DNA of 58,559 bases from an uncultured virus (IMG/VR IMGVR_UViG_3300017719_000001) (IMGVR_UViG_3300017719_000001); one strand, 5' to 3'. Positions 1 through 8,873 are shown, counted from the stretch's first letter. The notes: generated from the letters alone by a model not told the origin. Made by a program: numbers and translations.

Positions 1-439
1 CACCTGACATTGCTTTAGGATACATTTTAGCAATTAAGTCATTATAACCTACAAGGACATTTAATATGTCAGCTTGGATTTCTTTTGTTGAAATACCTTT
101 AATTACTTTTTTAACTGCACCGAGGTTACCTTGATTTAGTGCCCGAGCTACTGCTTGATAATCTTTCTGGTCTTGGCCTGATTCTTTCTTGGAAAGTCTT
201 GCTATATTCTTTTGTGCAAGGTCTAATTCTTGAGCATAGTCTTCATTAACAGATTCATTAGCTTGTCTTAACGCATCTTTAACAATAGGATCATCTGATA
301 AACCCCTTTTCATTGCTTCAATTTTCTTAACGGCCGGAGTCATTGCACCACCCATATCAATAGCAATCTTTACTGCCGCAGCAACAAGGGCCGCGGGATA
401 TTTACTTTTATACTTTTCTCTTAATTCTTTAAATTTCAT
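1..439 (-). CDS. Hypothetical protein (3'-truncated), candidate internal head protein
   Basis: Not in ORF track. ATG at 439 reads MKFKELREKYKSKYPAALVAAAVK... and stays open to the window edge; CTS-like N-terminus and possible gp21-type xxE sites (LRE, VNE). Confidence 0.75.
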   Translation of the reverse strand, partial: MKFKELREKYKSKYPAALVAAAVKIAIDMGGAMTPAVKKIEAMKRGLSDDPIVKDALRQANESVNEDYAQELDLAQKNIARLSKKESGQDQKDYQAVARALNQGNLGAVKKVIKGISTKEIQADILNVLVGYNDLIAKMYPKAMSG

Positions 440-442
440 TTT

Positions 443-1627
443 TTATCCCTTTACTTTAGCGGCTAGGTCTGCGTCAGCTTTACCCCATGTGCCAGATGAT
501 TTTGTTGCGAATGAATTAACTCTTGCTAATCCCCATTGAGTTGGATTTGTTCCTGGTCTGTGAGACGATTTCCATGCCTCAAAGCCTCTATCAAATACCT
601 TCTTTAAAATTGAATAAGGCATTCCTGATTTATCTGCCTTTTTCTGAAGAGCTTTTTTAACATCTGCTTCTTCTAATGCCTGGGCAAAACTTTTCATTTC
701 CCCAAATTTCTTTTTAAAATTCTTAGTGTGTTTGCTTTTTGGCATATCTTTTCTTGGCTTATCATGTGCTGCTTTTTGTTTAGCATTCATATCGCCGTAT
801 GCCTTTTCATCTAGCTTCTCTACACTATCTAGCCAGACTTTCTTTTTAGAACCTTCTGATAATGCTAGAGTTAAATAGTTAGCACCACAATTAATAATAG
901 TACCAATTTTTCCTGAATCATTAATCTTTACTTGTTCTCCAACTTTAAACAGATTGCCTTCTACAAACTTTTCTCTAGTTTCAGATACTTTAGGTAATTC
1001 AACGTGTGTTCTAAATGATTTTGATTCCTTTAAACCCATACCCTTTCTTACTGCATTGAATAACTCGATTGCACCTTTATAACCCTTAGGCATACCTTTT
1101 GAGAAAAGTTTTAAATCATTGGCTTGTGCAGCAGCTCTCATTTTAGAAGCAGACATACCTGAAACATCATCACTATCAGGATCTCTTTCACCAGCAGAAA
1201 CAACTCTAATGTTGCCCTCGAATTGGTAAAAACCGTGTCTTGCCTTAACACCGTTATATTTGTTAAGCAAGATTTCAAATTCTTTTATTCTATCTGATCC
1301 TGCAACCATTGATAATTTAGTAAATCCTTGGTCGTATAACTTAACTGCAACATCAATAACTGTTCTAGTATCAGAGTCAGCCATAATATTACGAGCATGC
1401 TTTGGAAACATCTTGCGTAGAAATTTTACTTTTTCTTTAAAATCTAGGGGATTCTTTTTAGGATCTTGTGATTTAGAAGCATATATTCTATATGTGCCGC
1501 CTCTTGATGCCTTTTTTAAGGCTTCAAACAGCTTCTCATGACCACTTGTAGGTGGGTTAAATCGACCAAATACGATTGTTACATCGCCTCTTGATTCTGT
1601 TACGTAATCACTAAAACTCTTAATCAT
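443..1627 (-). CDS. HIGH-superfamily (cytidylyltransferase-like) nucleotidyltransferase with C-terminal extension
   Basis: FGRFNPPTSGH and MSASKMR motifs; likely start MIKSFSDYVTE; C-terminal small domain YSILKKVFDRG..AW...HRPG....QWGLARVNSF (DUF5824-like). Confidence 0.8.
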   Translation of the reverse strand: MIKSFSDYVTESRGDVTIVFGRFNPPTSGHEKLFEALKKASRGGTYRIYASKSQDPKKNPLDFKEKVKFLRKMFPKHARNIMADSDTRTVIDVAVKLYDQGFTKLSMVAGSDRIKEFEILLNKYNGVKARHGFYQFEGNIRVVSAGERDPDSDDVSGMSASKMRAAAQANDLKLFSKGMPKGYKGAIELFNAVRKGMGLKESKSFRTHVELPKVSETREKFVEGNLFKVGEQVKINDSGKIGTIINCGANYLTLALSEGSKKKVWLDSVEKLDEKAYGDMNAKQKAAHDKPRKDMPKSKHTKNFKKKFGEMKSFAQALEEADVKKALQKKADKSGMPYSILKKVFDRGFEAWKSSHRPGTNPTQWGLARVNSFATKSSGTWGKADADLAAKVKG

Positions 1628-1982
1628 CTTTTCCCGCATCTCCACCTTTTTTCAATTTAGCTCTATCTTTTGCCTTAATAGATGGCAAGATTTTCTTTGC
1701 AATCTTCTTAATAGCTGCTTTCTTTTTATCGAGCTTCTTTTCTATATCTTGACGAGCGGAAAAGGATAAATCCTCTTTACCACGTTTCTTGAGTATCTTC
1801 TTCAAGAGCATGTTACGTGCTGTTTTTTCTGCTCGTTTTTTGAGTTGTTCGGGGGATGCGAGTTTTTTGGCTGCCTTCTTTCTTCCAAGAGCAATCTTCG
1901 CCTTGTTTTTCTTCATGGCGATTTTCATCTTCATTCTTGTTCGAGCAGAAGCAGCTTCTGTATGTTGCTGAAATGTTAGCAT
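1620..1982 (-). CDS. Highly basic Lys-rich protein, candidate DNA-associated internal head protein
   Basis: ORF track; very K/R-rich; N-terminus MLTFQQHTE. Confidence 0.7.
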   Translation of the reverse strand: MLTFQQHTEAASARTRMKMKIAMKKNKAKIALGRKKAAKKLASPEQLKKRAEKTARNMLLKKILKKRGKEDLSFSARQDIEKKLDKKKAAIKKIAKKILPSIKAKDRAKLKKGGDAGKDD

Positions 1983-2006
1983 ATTCTATCCTCGGTTACC
2001 CATATA

Positions 2007-3251
2007 TTAGTTAGGATTGTCCCAACCTTTTATAATATCTTTGCTGAAATTATTAGTAGAAAATTCCATACGGTCTACCAACTTAACAGCACCACCTTCC
2101 ATTCGATCTATGGCAACAAAACCTTCGGGGTTGGTTACCTTAAATCCGGACTTAGTTTTAACAAACGTTCCTATTTTAGAAAGTTTGTTTAGTTTATTTA
2201 TAATAATTAATTTACTATTTATAACAAAATTCTGTAATTCAAAGATTAATTGCAGATTTTTAAGGTTTTTCTTATCAAAAAACTTTAATAATTCATCTCT
2301 TTTCTTAATCTGTACGTCTTTACCTTTTTGTGATGAGCGTTTATCAATTTCTTTTGCGTATCGGTCTCTAACAAACATAATAAGACCCGTGGCGTGTTTC
2401 TTTGTATCTGCCACTCTTTGGCCATCACGAACCTTTCTGTTATTATATACATTAATAATCATATTCAGTTCTTTATTTGATTCTATTTCTTTTAAAGTTG
2501 TTGAAGCAATCTTTTTAAATATCTTTCCAGCATTAGAAAGATTACTGTTTAGCTCGTCAGTTTCTTTTGAAGTAAGTGTTGCTGTTCCAGATAAATCAGG
2601 AAGTGTAGCATCTTGCATCCAAACTGTTTTTGATTTCTTTAATTTTGGCACAATTTCTCTACCAAATTCTGCTTTCATTGTTTCAAATGTAGCACCACTA
2701 TAAATTGTATGCCATACAATACCGATCTTAGCAGAACTAATTTCTTTTTCTAAAGTTGTTCCTTTTGGTATTGCATATGCAATTGTATTTGGATGAAACA
2801 CAGTCATCTTTTGGCCGTCAATAGTTTCACTCTTTAAATCACTCTGATCATACATAAAGTCGCCTTGAATGACATTCGTGATACCCAATTTAGATAATTC
2901 ATCAAATGCCAAAATTAACTTCTTACTAAGATCACCCGAGGTATCTGCTTTAATATCTTCATGTGATTTATAAATTTTAGGATTGGCATTAAAAATACCT
3001 TTCTTTGCCACAAAGAATTTACCATCGCCTGGATCAACTCCTGCAAATACGGCAGGGGCGCCGTCCCATTTAACAGTAACGTCTACAGGTGATTTTGCGT
3101 TACCGGATAACATATCTCGCAGCGACCTGAGTGCAAGTATAGCCTGGCGCGCCCCCTTAACTCCACCATCAAGAATTAAATCTTCAATATGAGTCATGTG
3201 CGTATTTTTAGCAGCTTCATGTAATGGTGTATGATTTTTAAATTTTAACAT
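2007..3251 (-). CDS. DUF6267-like protein, putative ligase-fold nucleotidyltransferase
   Basis: KNTHMTHIED N-terminus; TVKWDG (motif I KxDG), QGDF, PEGFVA (motif IV), VKLVDR (motif V). Confidence 0.7.
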   Translation of the reverse strand: MLKFKNHTPLHEAAKNTHMTHIEDLILDGGVKGARQAILALRSLRDMLSGNAKSPVDVTVKWDGAPAVFAGVDPGDGKFFVAKKGIFNANPKIYKSHEDIKADTSGDLSKKLILAFDELSKLGITNVIQGDFMYDQSDLKSETIDGQKMTVFHPNTIAYAIPKGTTLEKEISSAKIGIVWHTIYSGATFETMKAEFGREIVPKLKKSKTVWMQDATLPDLSGTATLTSKETDELNSNLSNAGKIFKKIASTTLKEIESNKELNMIINVYNNRKVRDGQRVADTKKHATGLIMFVRDRYAKEIDKRSSQKGKDVQIKKRDELLKFFDKKNLKNLQLIFELQNFVINSKLIIINKLNKLSKIGTFVKTKSGFKVTNPEGFVAIDRMEGGAVKLVDRMEFSTNNFSKDIIKGWDNPN

Positions 3252-3849
3252 CTGTAATTTTCTTCCTATTTTTAGGATTTAACCAATTTTCGTATATTGA
3301 TTCAAAGTAACCGGGCAATTCAGGGCCGACTATTTTGCTCCATTCTTTTCTAGACACTTCCTTATCTTTATTATACAAATTTAAATATTGTAATATAGTA
3401 TATTTATTCTTCCATAGAGCATGTATAATAATGTTAGCTTTCATAAAATGATCTATATGAGGATTATGCCTAGGATCCTCTAAATTTATTTCTTGTTTTT
3501 CATATTTACCTTCCCACGTGCCGTATTGATGAGCATGTAGTACTGAAAATAATCTTTCTCCAAAATCATCTCTTACTAAAAGTATTTTTTTATCAAACTG
3601 TTCTGCAAACTCTGTAAAAAATTCTACAGCACCTTCAACACCTGTTTGATAATTATTTGGTATTGCCGCTTCACCCAAAATACATTTAACTAAAGTATTA
3701 TCACTTACATTCTTATGATCAAAATTTATTTCACCATGTAAATCATTATTAAATGGTTCACTTATATAATTTAATTTTAATTTATGACTTATAGCCTCTG
3801 CCAACATACTTGATCCGCAACGGCCTGGTGCCATAATTAAAATTTTCAT
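3238..3849 (-). CDS. Sulfotransferase-like P-loop protein
   Basis: N-terminal ILIMAPGRCGSSML (PRSGS/T-like PAPS loop), EPF, ILLVRDD..ERLFS. Confidence 0.55.
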   Translation of the reverse strand: MKILIMAPGRCGSSMLAEAISHKLKLNYISEPFNNDLHGEINFDHKNVSDNTLVKCILGEAAIPNNYQTGVEGAVEFFTEFAEQFDKKILLVRDDFGERLFSVLHAHQYGTWEGKYEKQEINLEDPRHNPHIDHFMKANIIIHALWKNKYTILQYLNLYNKDKEVSRKEWSKIVGPELPGYFESIYENWLNPKNRKKITDVKI

Positions 3850-5300
3850 GCTTTAAATAATTTCTTAAATTCTGGAGTCATCTCCGCATTAAAGTTTGGA
3901 GCACTTCTAAAGTCACCTTTATATCTTAATACAATATTAGCAATTGATTGTTTACCAATCATTAAAGTAAATTTAATGTTTGCTGCTTTAGCATTAGGGT
4001 CAAATGCTTGACTCGCACCAGGAGTGAGAATCATCTTTGCTTTACCTTTGCTAAATAATTCATCAATCATAGTTGTAGTAGTATCAATATCTTTATATTC
4101 GCCTTTCTCTACCACAACACCTTTTCTTGGACCATATTCACCAATACCAGTTACAAGAGCAAAGTCAAAATTGACTTTCTTTAATTCTTGCAAGTCTGCT
4201 TTAAATATAAGTGTAACTAATTGTTCTGCAATTAAGTCACTGTTCTTATCAATGGTTTGGGCCATTCTTTTAAATAGTGTTTGTTTACCCTTTAAAACTC
4301 TGTTTACCAAGTCATTAGGAATTCTTTGAATAAACTGTTTCCAATTCTTTCTACTTGGCCTAGTTTTCTTAATATCTTTTTCGAGTTCGGGTGAAAGTAA
4401 TTTGAGCTTCTGAGCAAGTTTAATTACATGAACATAAAATGCTCCAGCATCATCATCAATTTGATTTCTTACTTTATCAAATTTCTTTTCAGATAATAAA
4501 CTTGTGAATGCTTTATTAATTAGAGTTGGGTCAGTTTCTGTGGACCTTTTCTTTTTCTTTAAAGAGATACCAACATAATTTTTACCCTTTCTAATAATAA
4601 AATCGGATGAATTAAAATCCTTCATGCCGTGTTTAGACATTTGGAACGCTTTAACATCATCGTCCCATGCCTGACCAGTTAGGTAAACCATATCAGCACT
4701 ACCATATCCTGCTTCAATAATAGCATTGGCGGCCGATACTGCTTTACATAAGTTTGAATAATCACCTACAAGAGAATCAACTTGGCCTTGTTTGTATCCC
4801 TTAACTTTCTTTAATTGTCCTCTTACTAATTCAATAAGAGCATCCATTTCATCAGAATTTTCTATTTTATGGACTTTAGGGAATAAACATAATGCGGCTG
4901 TCATCAATTCATGTGGATCATCTCCGAGTGCGCCACGCCCACCTTGTGGACGACAGTTAACATAAACATACTTGTCCATTTCACTGTGATCGAATGCATA
5001 GTCCTTTTCTTTACGAGAACCAGGAACTTTATCCATTCTTAAAGTAAGTCCGTCTGTCTTGTCAATAATATCTCTAGCAAGACTAGCAAACTTTTCTCTA
5101 TCTTTATCAGGCATCATTTGACTGATACCTAATTTAGCCCCACTTTGTTTATTGGGTCTAACATCTATTTCAATTTCGGTTTTAACAGTACTAATTGCAT
5201 CATCAATATCAGATAAAACACCTAATACAAATGCATTGTCATTACCTGTATATTGAAGATTTTGTAAATCTTCTGGAATAAATGTTTTAAATCCGCGCAT
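3846..5300 (-). CDS. Putative PD-(D/E)xK restriction-endonuclease-like protein
   Basis: DPHELMTA helix and SSDFII...YVGISLKK core; N-terminus MRGFKTFIPE. Confidence 0.55.
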   Translation of the reverse strand: MRGFKTFIPEDLQNLQYTGNDNAFVLGVLSDIDDAISTVKTEIEIDVRPNKQSGAKLGISQMMPDKDREKFASLARDIIDKTDGLTLRMDKVPGSRKEKDYAFDHSEMDKYVYVNCRPQGGRGALGDDPHELMTAALCLFPKVHKIENSDEMDALIELVRGQLKKVKGYKQGQVDSLVGDYSNLCKAVSAANAIIEAGYGSADMVYLTGQAWDDDVKAFQMSKHGMKDFNSSDFIIRKGKNYVGISLKKKKRSTETDPTLINKAFTSLLSEKKFDKVRNQIDDDAGAFYVHVIKLAQKLKLLSPELEKDIKKTRPSRKNWKQFIQRIPNDLVNRVLKGKQTLFKRMAQTIDKNSDLIAEQLVTLIFKADLQELKKVNFDFALVTGIGEYGPRKGVVVEKGEYKDIDTTTTMIDELFSKGKAKMILTPGASQAFDPNAKAANIKFTLMIGKQSIANIVLRYKGDFRSAPNFNAEMTPEFKKLFKA

Positions 5301-5326
5301 TACTAAGTCCTGTTAATTAAAGTAGT

Positions 5327-5355
5327 ATTATACAACTATTTATAACATTTGTAAA
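5327..5355 (-). promoter_or_regulatory. Composite promoter: sigma70-type TTTACA-17-TATAAT with late TATAAATA (5337-5344) inside the spacer
   Basis: Plus strand attata 5327-32, tatttata 5337-44, tgtaaa 5350-55. Confidence 0.65.
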
Positions 5356-5362
5356 GTGAATC

Positions 5363-5512
5363 TTACACTTCAATGCGACTTAAAACTGATTCATAACCTT
5401 TACCTGTCATGTCTGAATGAAATTTGATTGCATCTTGCATCTTATCAAAAACATATTCAGCCACTATTTCTTCTGTGTATTTTACTTTAGCAATTACTTT
5501 ATAAGCAAACAT
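5363..5512 (-). CDS. Small hypothetical protein (49 aa)
   Basis: MFAYKVIAKVKYTEEIVAEYVFDKMQDAIKFHSDMTGKGYESVLSRIEV; TGATG coupling to the upstream stop. Confidence 0.65.
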   Translation of the reverse strand: MFAYKVIAKVKYTEEIVAEYVFDKMQDAIKFHSDMTGKGYESVLSRIEV

Positions 5513-5721
5513 CAGTAAGTCTCCGGAACACCAGCAATGAAATCTAGTCCTGATTTTCTAGTTCTAAATTCTTGCAACTTAGAATTCCACTGCATACTAA
5601 GTTTCATACCACCTAGATCCACATTCATATATTTACCTGTAACCATATTAACAACCTCACCTTTAACAACTTTTCCGTTGTCTTCGCATAAAACATCAAT
5701 TGGCTTATAGTATCCTAACAT
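5512..5721 (-). CDS. Hypothetical protein
   Basis: ORF track; TAATG coupling with ligase. Confidence 0.7.
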   Translation of the reverse strand: MLGYYKPIDVLCEDNGKVVKGEVVNMVTGKYMNVDLGGMKLSMQWNSKLQEFRTRKSGLDFIAGVPETY

Positions 5722-7073
5722 TATATTTTCTCCCCTGGTTTAAATCCTCTGAATCCCTTAAACCTAGGAAACCTAAGACTGTAGTAATCAGCATCTTCTG
5801 CTTGACTAATTGTATCAGCTTTTACCTCTACCATCAAGCCTAAATATTTTTCAGGAAGTGACCAAATAGCATCGCGATCATCGTCACTGAGGCCAGAACC
5901 AACATTAACTTTAATGTGTTTACCATTGTCTGTACCTTCACAAATGAGTGCACCAAGCTTTCCAGCGTTTCTTCCTGTTCCTTCTTCAACATCTTTTAAC
6001 TCCAATGTTACTTCAATAAAGGGCTTCAATTTCAACCATGCGTCTGATCTCTTTGTTTTGTATACACCATCAGCTGGTTTAACCATAACACCTTCGAACC
6101 CTTCAAGGGCTGCTTTGGCTATTTTCTCAGCAAATTGGCTAGAGTCCAGTTCATCGTCCATATCCAATACATCATAATTAACACTTTGAACAGCAAAATT
6201 CCAAAATAAATCTGCATCTCCACGGAATAATTTATCTAGTTTTTTCTTTCTTTGTGCTTGTGGTATATCACTACCACCTGCTTTAAATTCTTCAATGGTT
6301 AAAATATCAAAACAAGCAAAATATTCCTCCATTGATTCTTCTTTCCAACCATGTTTTGCATTTATTTTTTTCATAAGAAGTTGGAAATCTTTGCCCATTA
6401 ACTCGCCATCGAGAACATATCCATTATAATACTCTTTACTCAATGCCTTATTAATATGCGGAACATTCTCTATTACACGACCAGAGCGAGTATATAAAGT
6501 ACATTCGTTGTTTTCTATCATTGCCAGACATCTGACTCCGTCAAATTTATACTCGACAATATTAACACCTTGAATTTTATCTTCTTTACCAGCAATGTCT
6601 TTGGCCAACATACAGCCGAAAATGGGAATAAATCCCTTACCATAAACTTTATTAACTGTCTTTTCTGATATACCACATTTTAAATCTTTAAGTAAGATTC
6701 TACGGTACCAATAATTCCATTCATCTAATGATTCACATCTAGCAATCATGCCGGCGACAGCATCTTTAGCATTATTACCAGTTAATTCTCTTTTTGAGAA
6801 GTGATCACAACATGCCACAAAATCATGAATGGTTAATAGTGTATCACCAGTTTGTTGTACATCCCAGCCATCGACTTGATAATGAACCTCTGGCCAAGGC
6901 TCACCACCAACCTTTTCTGGAATTTGTTTAATACCAAAAGTAGTCATAGGATCAAGTGCAAGTTTCAAGCCAGTTTTAAATTCAACATTATGCCAATTTG
7001 ACTTTACTATTTCTTCTTTCTCAAGCCGAGAACTAGTTGCTTCTAGTTTCTGAATAATTTTCCAAGGCTTCAT
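5721..7073 (-). CDS. 30: ATP-dependent DNA ligase (gp30-like)
   Basis: EYKFDGVR, LDGEL, FDIL, EGVMVK, WLKLK, VGSG, LRFPRF. Confidence 0.95.
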   Translation of the reverse strand: MKPWKIIQKLEATSSRLEKEEIVKSNWHNVEFKTGLKLALDPMTTFGIKQIPEKVGGEPWPEVHYQVDGWDVQQTGDTLLTIHDFVACCDHFSKRELTGNNAKDAVAGMIARCESLDEWNYWYRRILLKDLKCGISEKTVNKVYGKGFIPIFGCMLAKDIAGKEDKIQGVNIVEYKFDGVRCLAMIENNECTLYTRSGRVIENVPHINKALSKEYYNGYVLDGELMGKDFQLLMKKINAKHGWKEESMEEYFACFDILTIEEFKAGGSDIPQAQRKKKLDKLFRGDADLFWNFAVQSVNYDVLDMDDELDSSQFAEKIAKAALEGFEGVMVKPADGVYKTKRSDAWLKLKPFIEVTLELKDVEEGTGRNAGKLGALICEGTDNGKHIKVNVGSGLSDDDRDAIWSLPEKYLGLMVEVKADTISQAEDADYYSLRFPRFKGFRGFKPGEKI

Positions 7074-7253
7074 TTATACTCCGTGGGTCATATGTTCATA
7101 AGAATCAGGACATGTGTTTACATTATCACCACAAGCACATGTATCGGCCTCAGAGACACTCGGTGCCCCTACCATAGACCTAACTTGATCCTCATTTAAT
7201 GTTTGTTTGCCATCAACAATTGATTGTTTGGCTAATAGTTCATAATAATTCAT
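7074..7253 (-). CDS. Small Cys/His-rich protein (59 aa), possible Zn-binding
   Basis: Not in track; AAGGAG SD; ends CACGDNVNTCPDSYEHMTHGV. Confidence 0.7.
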   Translation of the reverse strand: MNYYELLAKQSIVDGKQTLNEDQVRSMVGAPSVSEADTCACGDNVNTCPDSYEHMTHGV

Positions 7254-7272
7254 AATTTACTCCTTTAAAATT

Positions 7273-7355
7273 AGTAGGGGACTTTTTCATTTCCCCTGTG
7301 TATATTCGGTCATAACCCCCACGCACTTTTAATTCCGTCTGCAGGTGACGCACAA
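7273..7355 (-). ncRNA. Candidate structured intergenic RNA (copy A)
   Basis: GC-rich island; hairpins CGUC/GACG, GGU-UAUG-ACC, AGGGG-AAAUGAAAAAGU-CCCCU; resembles 28443-28511. Confidence 0.4.
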
Positions 7356-7358
7356 CCA

Positions 7359-7559
7359 CTACTGAACCCAGACGTGATTGTATTTTGTAGGCATATTCTC
7401 ACAAGAGTAAATATCGCCTTCCTTATAGTTGACTACCTTGACGCAGTCTCCAGTAGAATAGCTTGTTTGAACTTCAGGAATATTACCAATATAATTTAGT
7501 GTTAAACCAAATGCAATACCAGCAATTGTTCCGTATAAAAGACCTTTTAATTTATTCAT
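7359..7559 (-). CDS. Small membrane-anchored hypothetical protein
   Basis: Likely start MNKLKG after AGGAGA SD; N-terminal TM helix; two Cys. Confidence 0.7.
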   Translation of the reverse strand: MNKLKGLLYGTIAGIAFGLTLNYIGNIPEVQTSYSTGDCVKVVNYKEGDIYSCENMPTKYNHVWVQ

Positions 7560-7569
7560 AATATTCTCC

Positions 7570-7899
7570 TTAAATTCCTGTCCATCTGATTGATGATTCA
7601 TTATAGTCAAAGATGTTACCCCTTGCAAAGTTAGTGGCAGGTTTGTTCCATCCAGCTGCCATCAACATATCACCAATTTCAAATGGTTTATTTGTTTTGT
7701 TATCAATGTATTTTGGGGGATTTTTGACAATGAAACCACAAACTGATTCACGACCTTCATCAGATCTTACCAACTTGATATAATTTCTACCTTCTTCCAT
7801 GTGGTATTTAGTAGTTTCAATGGTATGTTCAAATTTACTGTGAAGTTGATTTTGCATAATCATAAGTAAATCTTGGATTTCTGTAATTAAGTCTTTCAT
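7570..7899 (-). CDS. Conserved phage early hypothetical protein
   Basis: GRNYIKLV...GDMLMAAGWNKPA..ARGNIF; first gene after an early promoter. Confidence 0.7.
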   Translation of the reverse strand: MKDLITEIQDLLMIMQNQLHSKFEHTIETTKYHMEEGRNYIKLVRSDEGRESVCGFIVKNPPKYIDNKTNKPFEIGDMLMAAGWNKPATNFARGNIFDYNESSIRWTGI

Positions 7900-7930
7900 A
7901 ATGTGGTTCCTTATCATTTAATATAGGTAT

Positions 7931-8005
7931 ATTATAACACATATAGAGCAAAAGTAAACACGCTTAGTGAAAATAATTGCACTTTTTTATATTATTTTGT
8001 TATAA
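7931..8005 (-). promoter_or_regulatory. Early promoter, extended conserved class (16-bp spacer)
   Basis: GTTTACT-16-TATAAT plus upstream AAAAGTGCAATTATTTTCACTAAGCGT shared with 31.0 and 33.3 kb. Confidence 0.75.
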
Positions 8006-8015
8006 AGGTACGCTT

Positions 8016-8675
8016 TTATATAACATCATCAACAGGAAACAACTTATAGATCACTTCTGCACAAGCTTTGGCGATTTCAGCATGCTCTTTCTGTGTACCG
8101 TTACCGCTTCTTAGATCCATATAATGAATCCATGATCTGAGTGTACCATTAACATACATACGAGACTTAGTTAAACCCTCGGGTAAGACTGCCCTGGCCT
8201 GTTCCTTTGCTATACCAGCATCTAAAGCCCATTGATATGCATGCCTACATCTTTCAATAATAACTTCTTGATATGACTCCCAAATATAATGAATAGAATC
8301 TTCATGGGGAATATCAACAGAATTTTGCCTATTCTTAGTATCTTGTAATCGAGCTTCTCTAGTTACGAATGACAAATCCTCAGTTGGATCAGCATATCTT
8401 TGAGAAAACTCTTGAAAAGTAAATGAACGATGCCTTAGAATTTGTCGTGCAATATCTCTTGTAGTATCAATTTCAAGGCATAGAGATACCATTTCTAATG
8501 GACTCCAATGTTTGTGTTTGATTAGATATTTTACGAGCTTTTCTGATGTGGCTTCGTTGTTTTGGTTGCTAGGGTTTGATACTCTAGCACAGTATGCAAC
8601 CAACTGGAGAAGGTCATTGTTTAACTCTGACCCCTCCGGCGGTTGACTATATGATATAAGTTTCACATTAAACAT
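8016..8675 (-). CDS. thyX: Flavin-dependent thymidylate synthase
   Basis: HWSPLE, RQILRHRSFTFQEFSQRY signature, ARAVLP, TQKEH. Confidence 0.96.
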   Translation of the reverse strand: MFNVKLISYSQPPEGSELNNDLLQLVAYCARVSNPSNQNNEATSEKLVKYLIKHKHWSPLEMVSLCLEIDTTRDIARQILRHRSFTFQEFSQRYADPTEDLSFVTREARLQDTKNRQNSVDIPHEDSIHYIWESYQEVIIERCRHAYQWALDAGIAKEQARAVLPEGLTKSRMYVNGTLRSWIHYMDLRSGNGTQKEHAEIAKACAEVIYKLFPVDDVI

Positions 8676-8684
8676 TGATTATTA

Positions 8685-8864
8685 TTAGCCCTTTTTCACT
8701 AGTGTATAAATGCCCCAGAGTAATCCGGCCCAGGCAAGTAGTTTTGCAATGCCGCCAAATAAAATGACTGAACCACAAACTACAATTAAACTGATACCAT
8801 CTAGTGATGTTCTTTCAAACACTCTTTCTGATACCCAGTCTTTTGCTTTTAATAACATATCCAT
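8685..8864 (-). CDS. Small two-TM membrane protein, possibly holin-like (59 aa)
   Basis: Not in track; MDMLLKAKDWVSERVFERTSLDGISLIVVCGSVILFGGIAKLLAWAGLLWGIYTLVKKG; AGGAGA SD. Confidence 0.65.
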   Translation of the reverse strand: MDMLLKAKDWVSERVFERTSLDGISLIVVCGSVILFGGIAKLLAWAGLLWGIYTLVKKG

Positions 8865-8873
8865 ATTTTTCTC

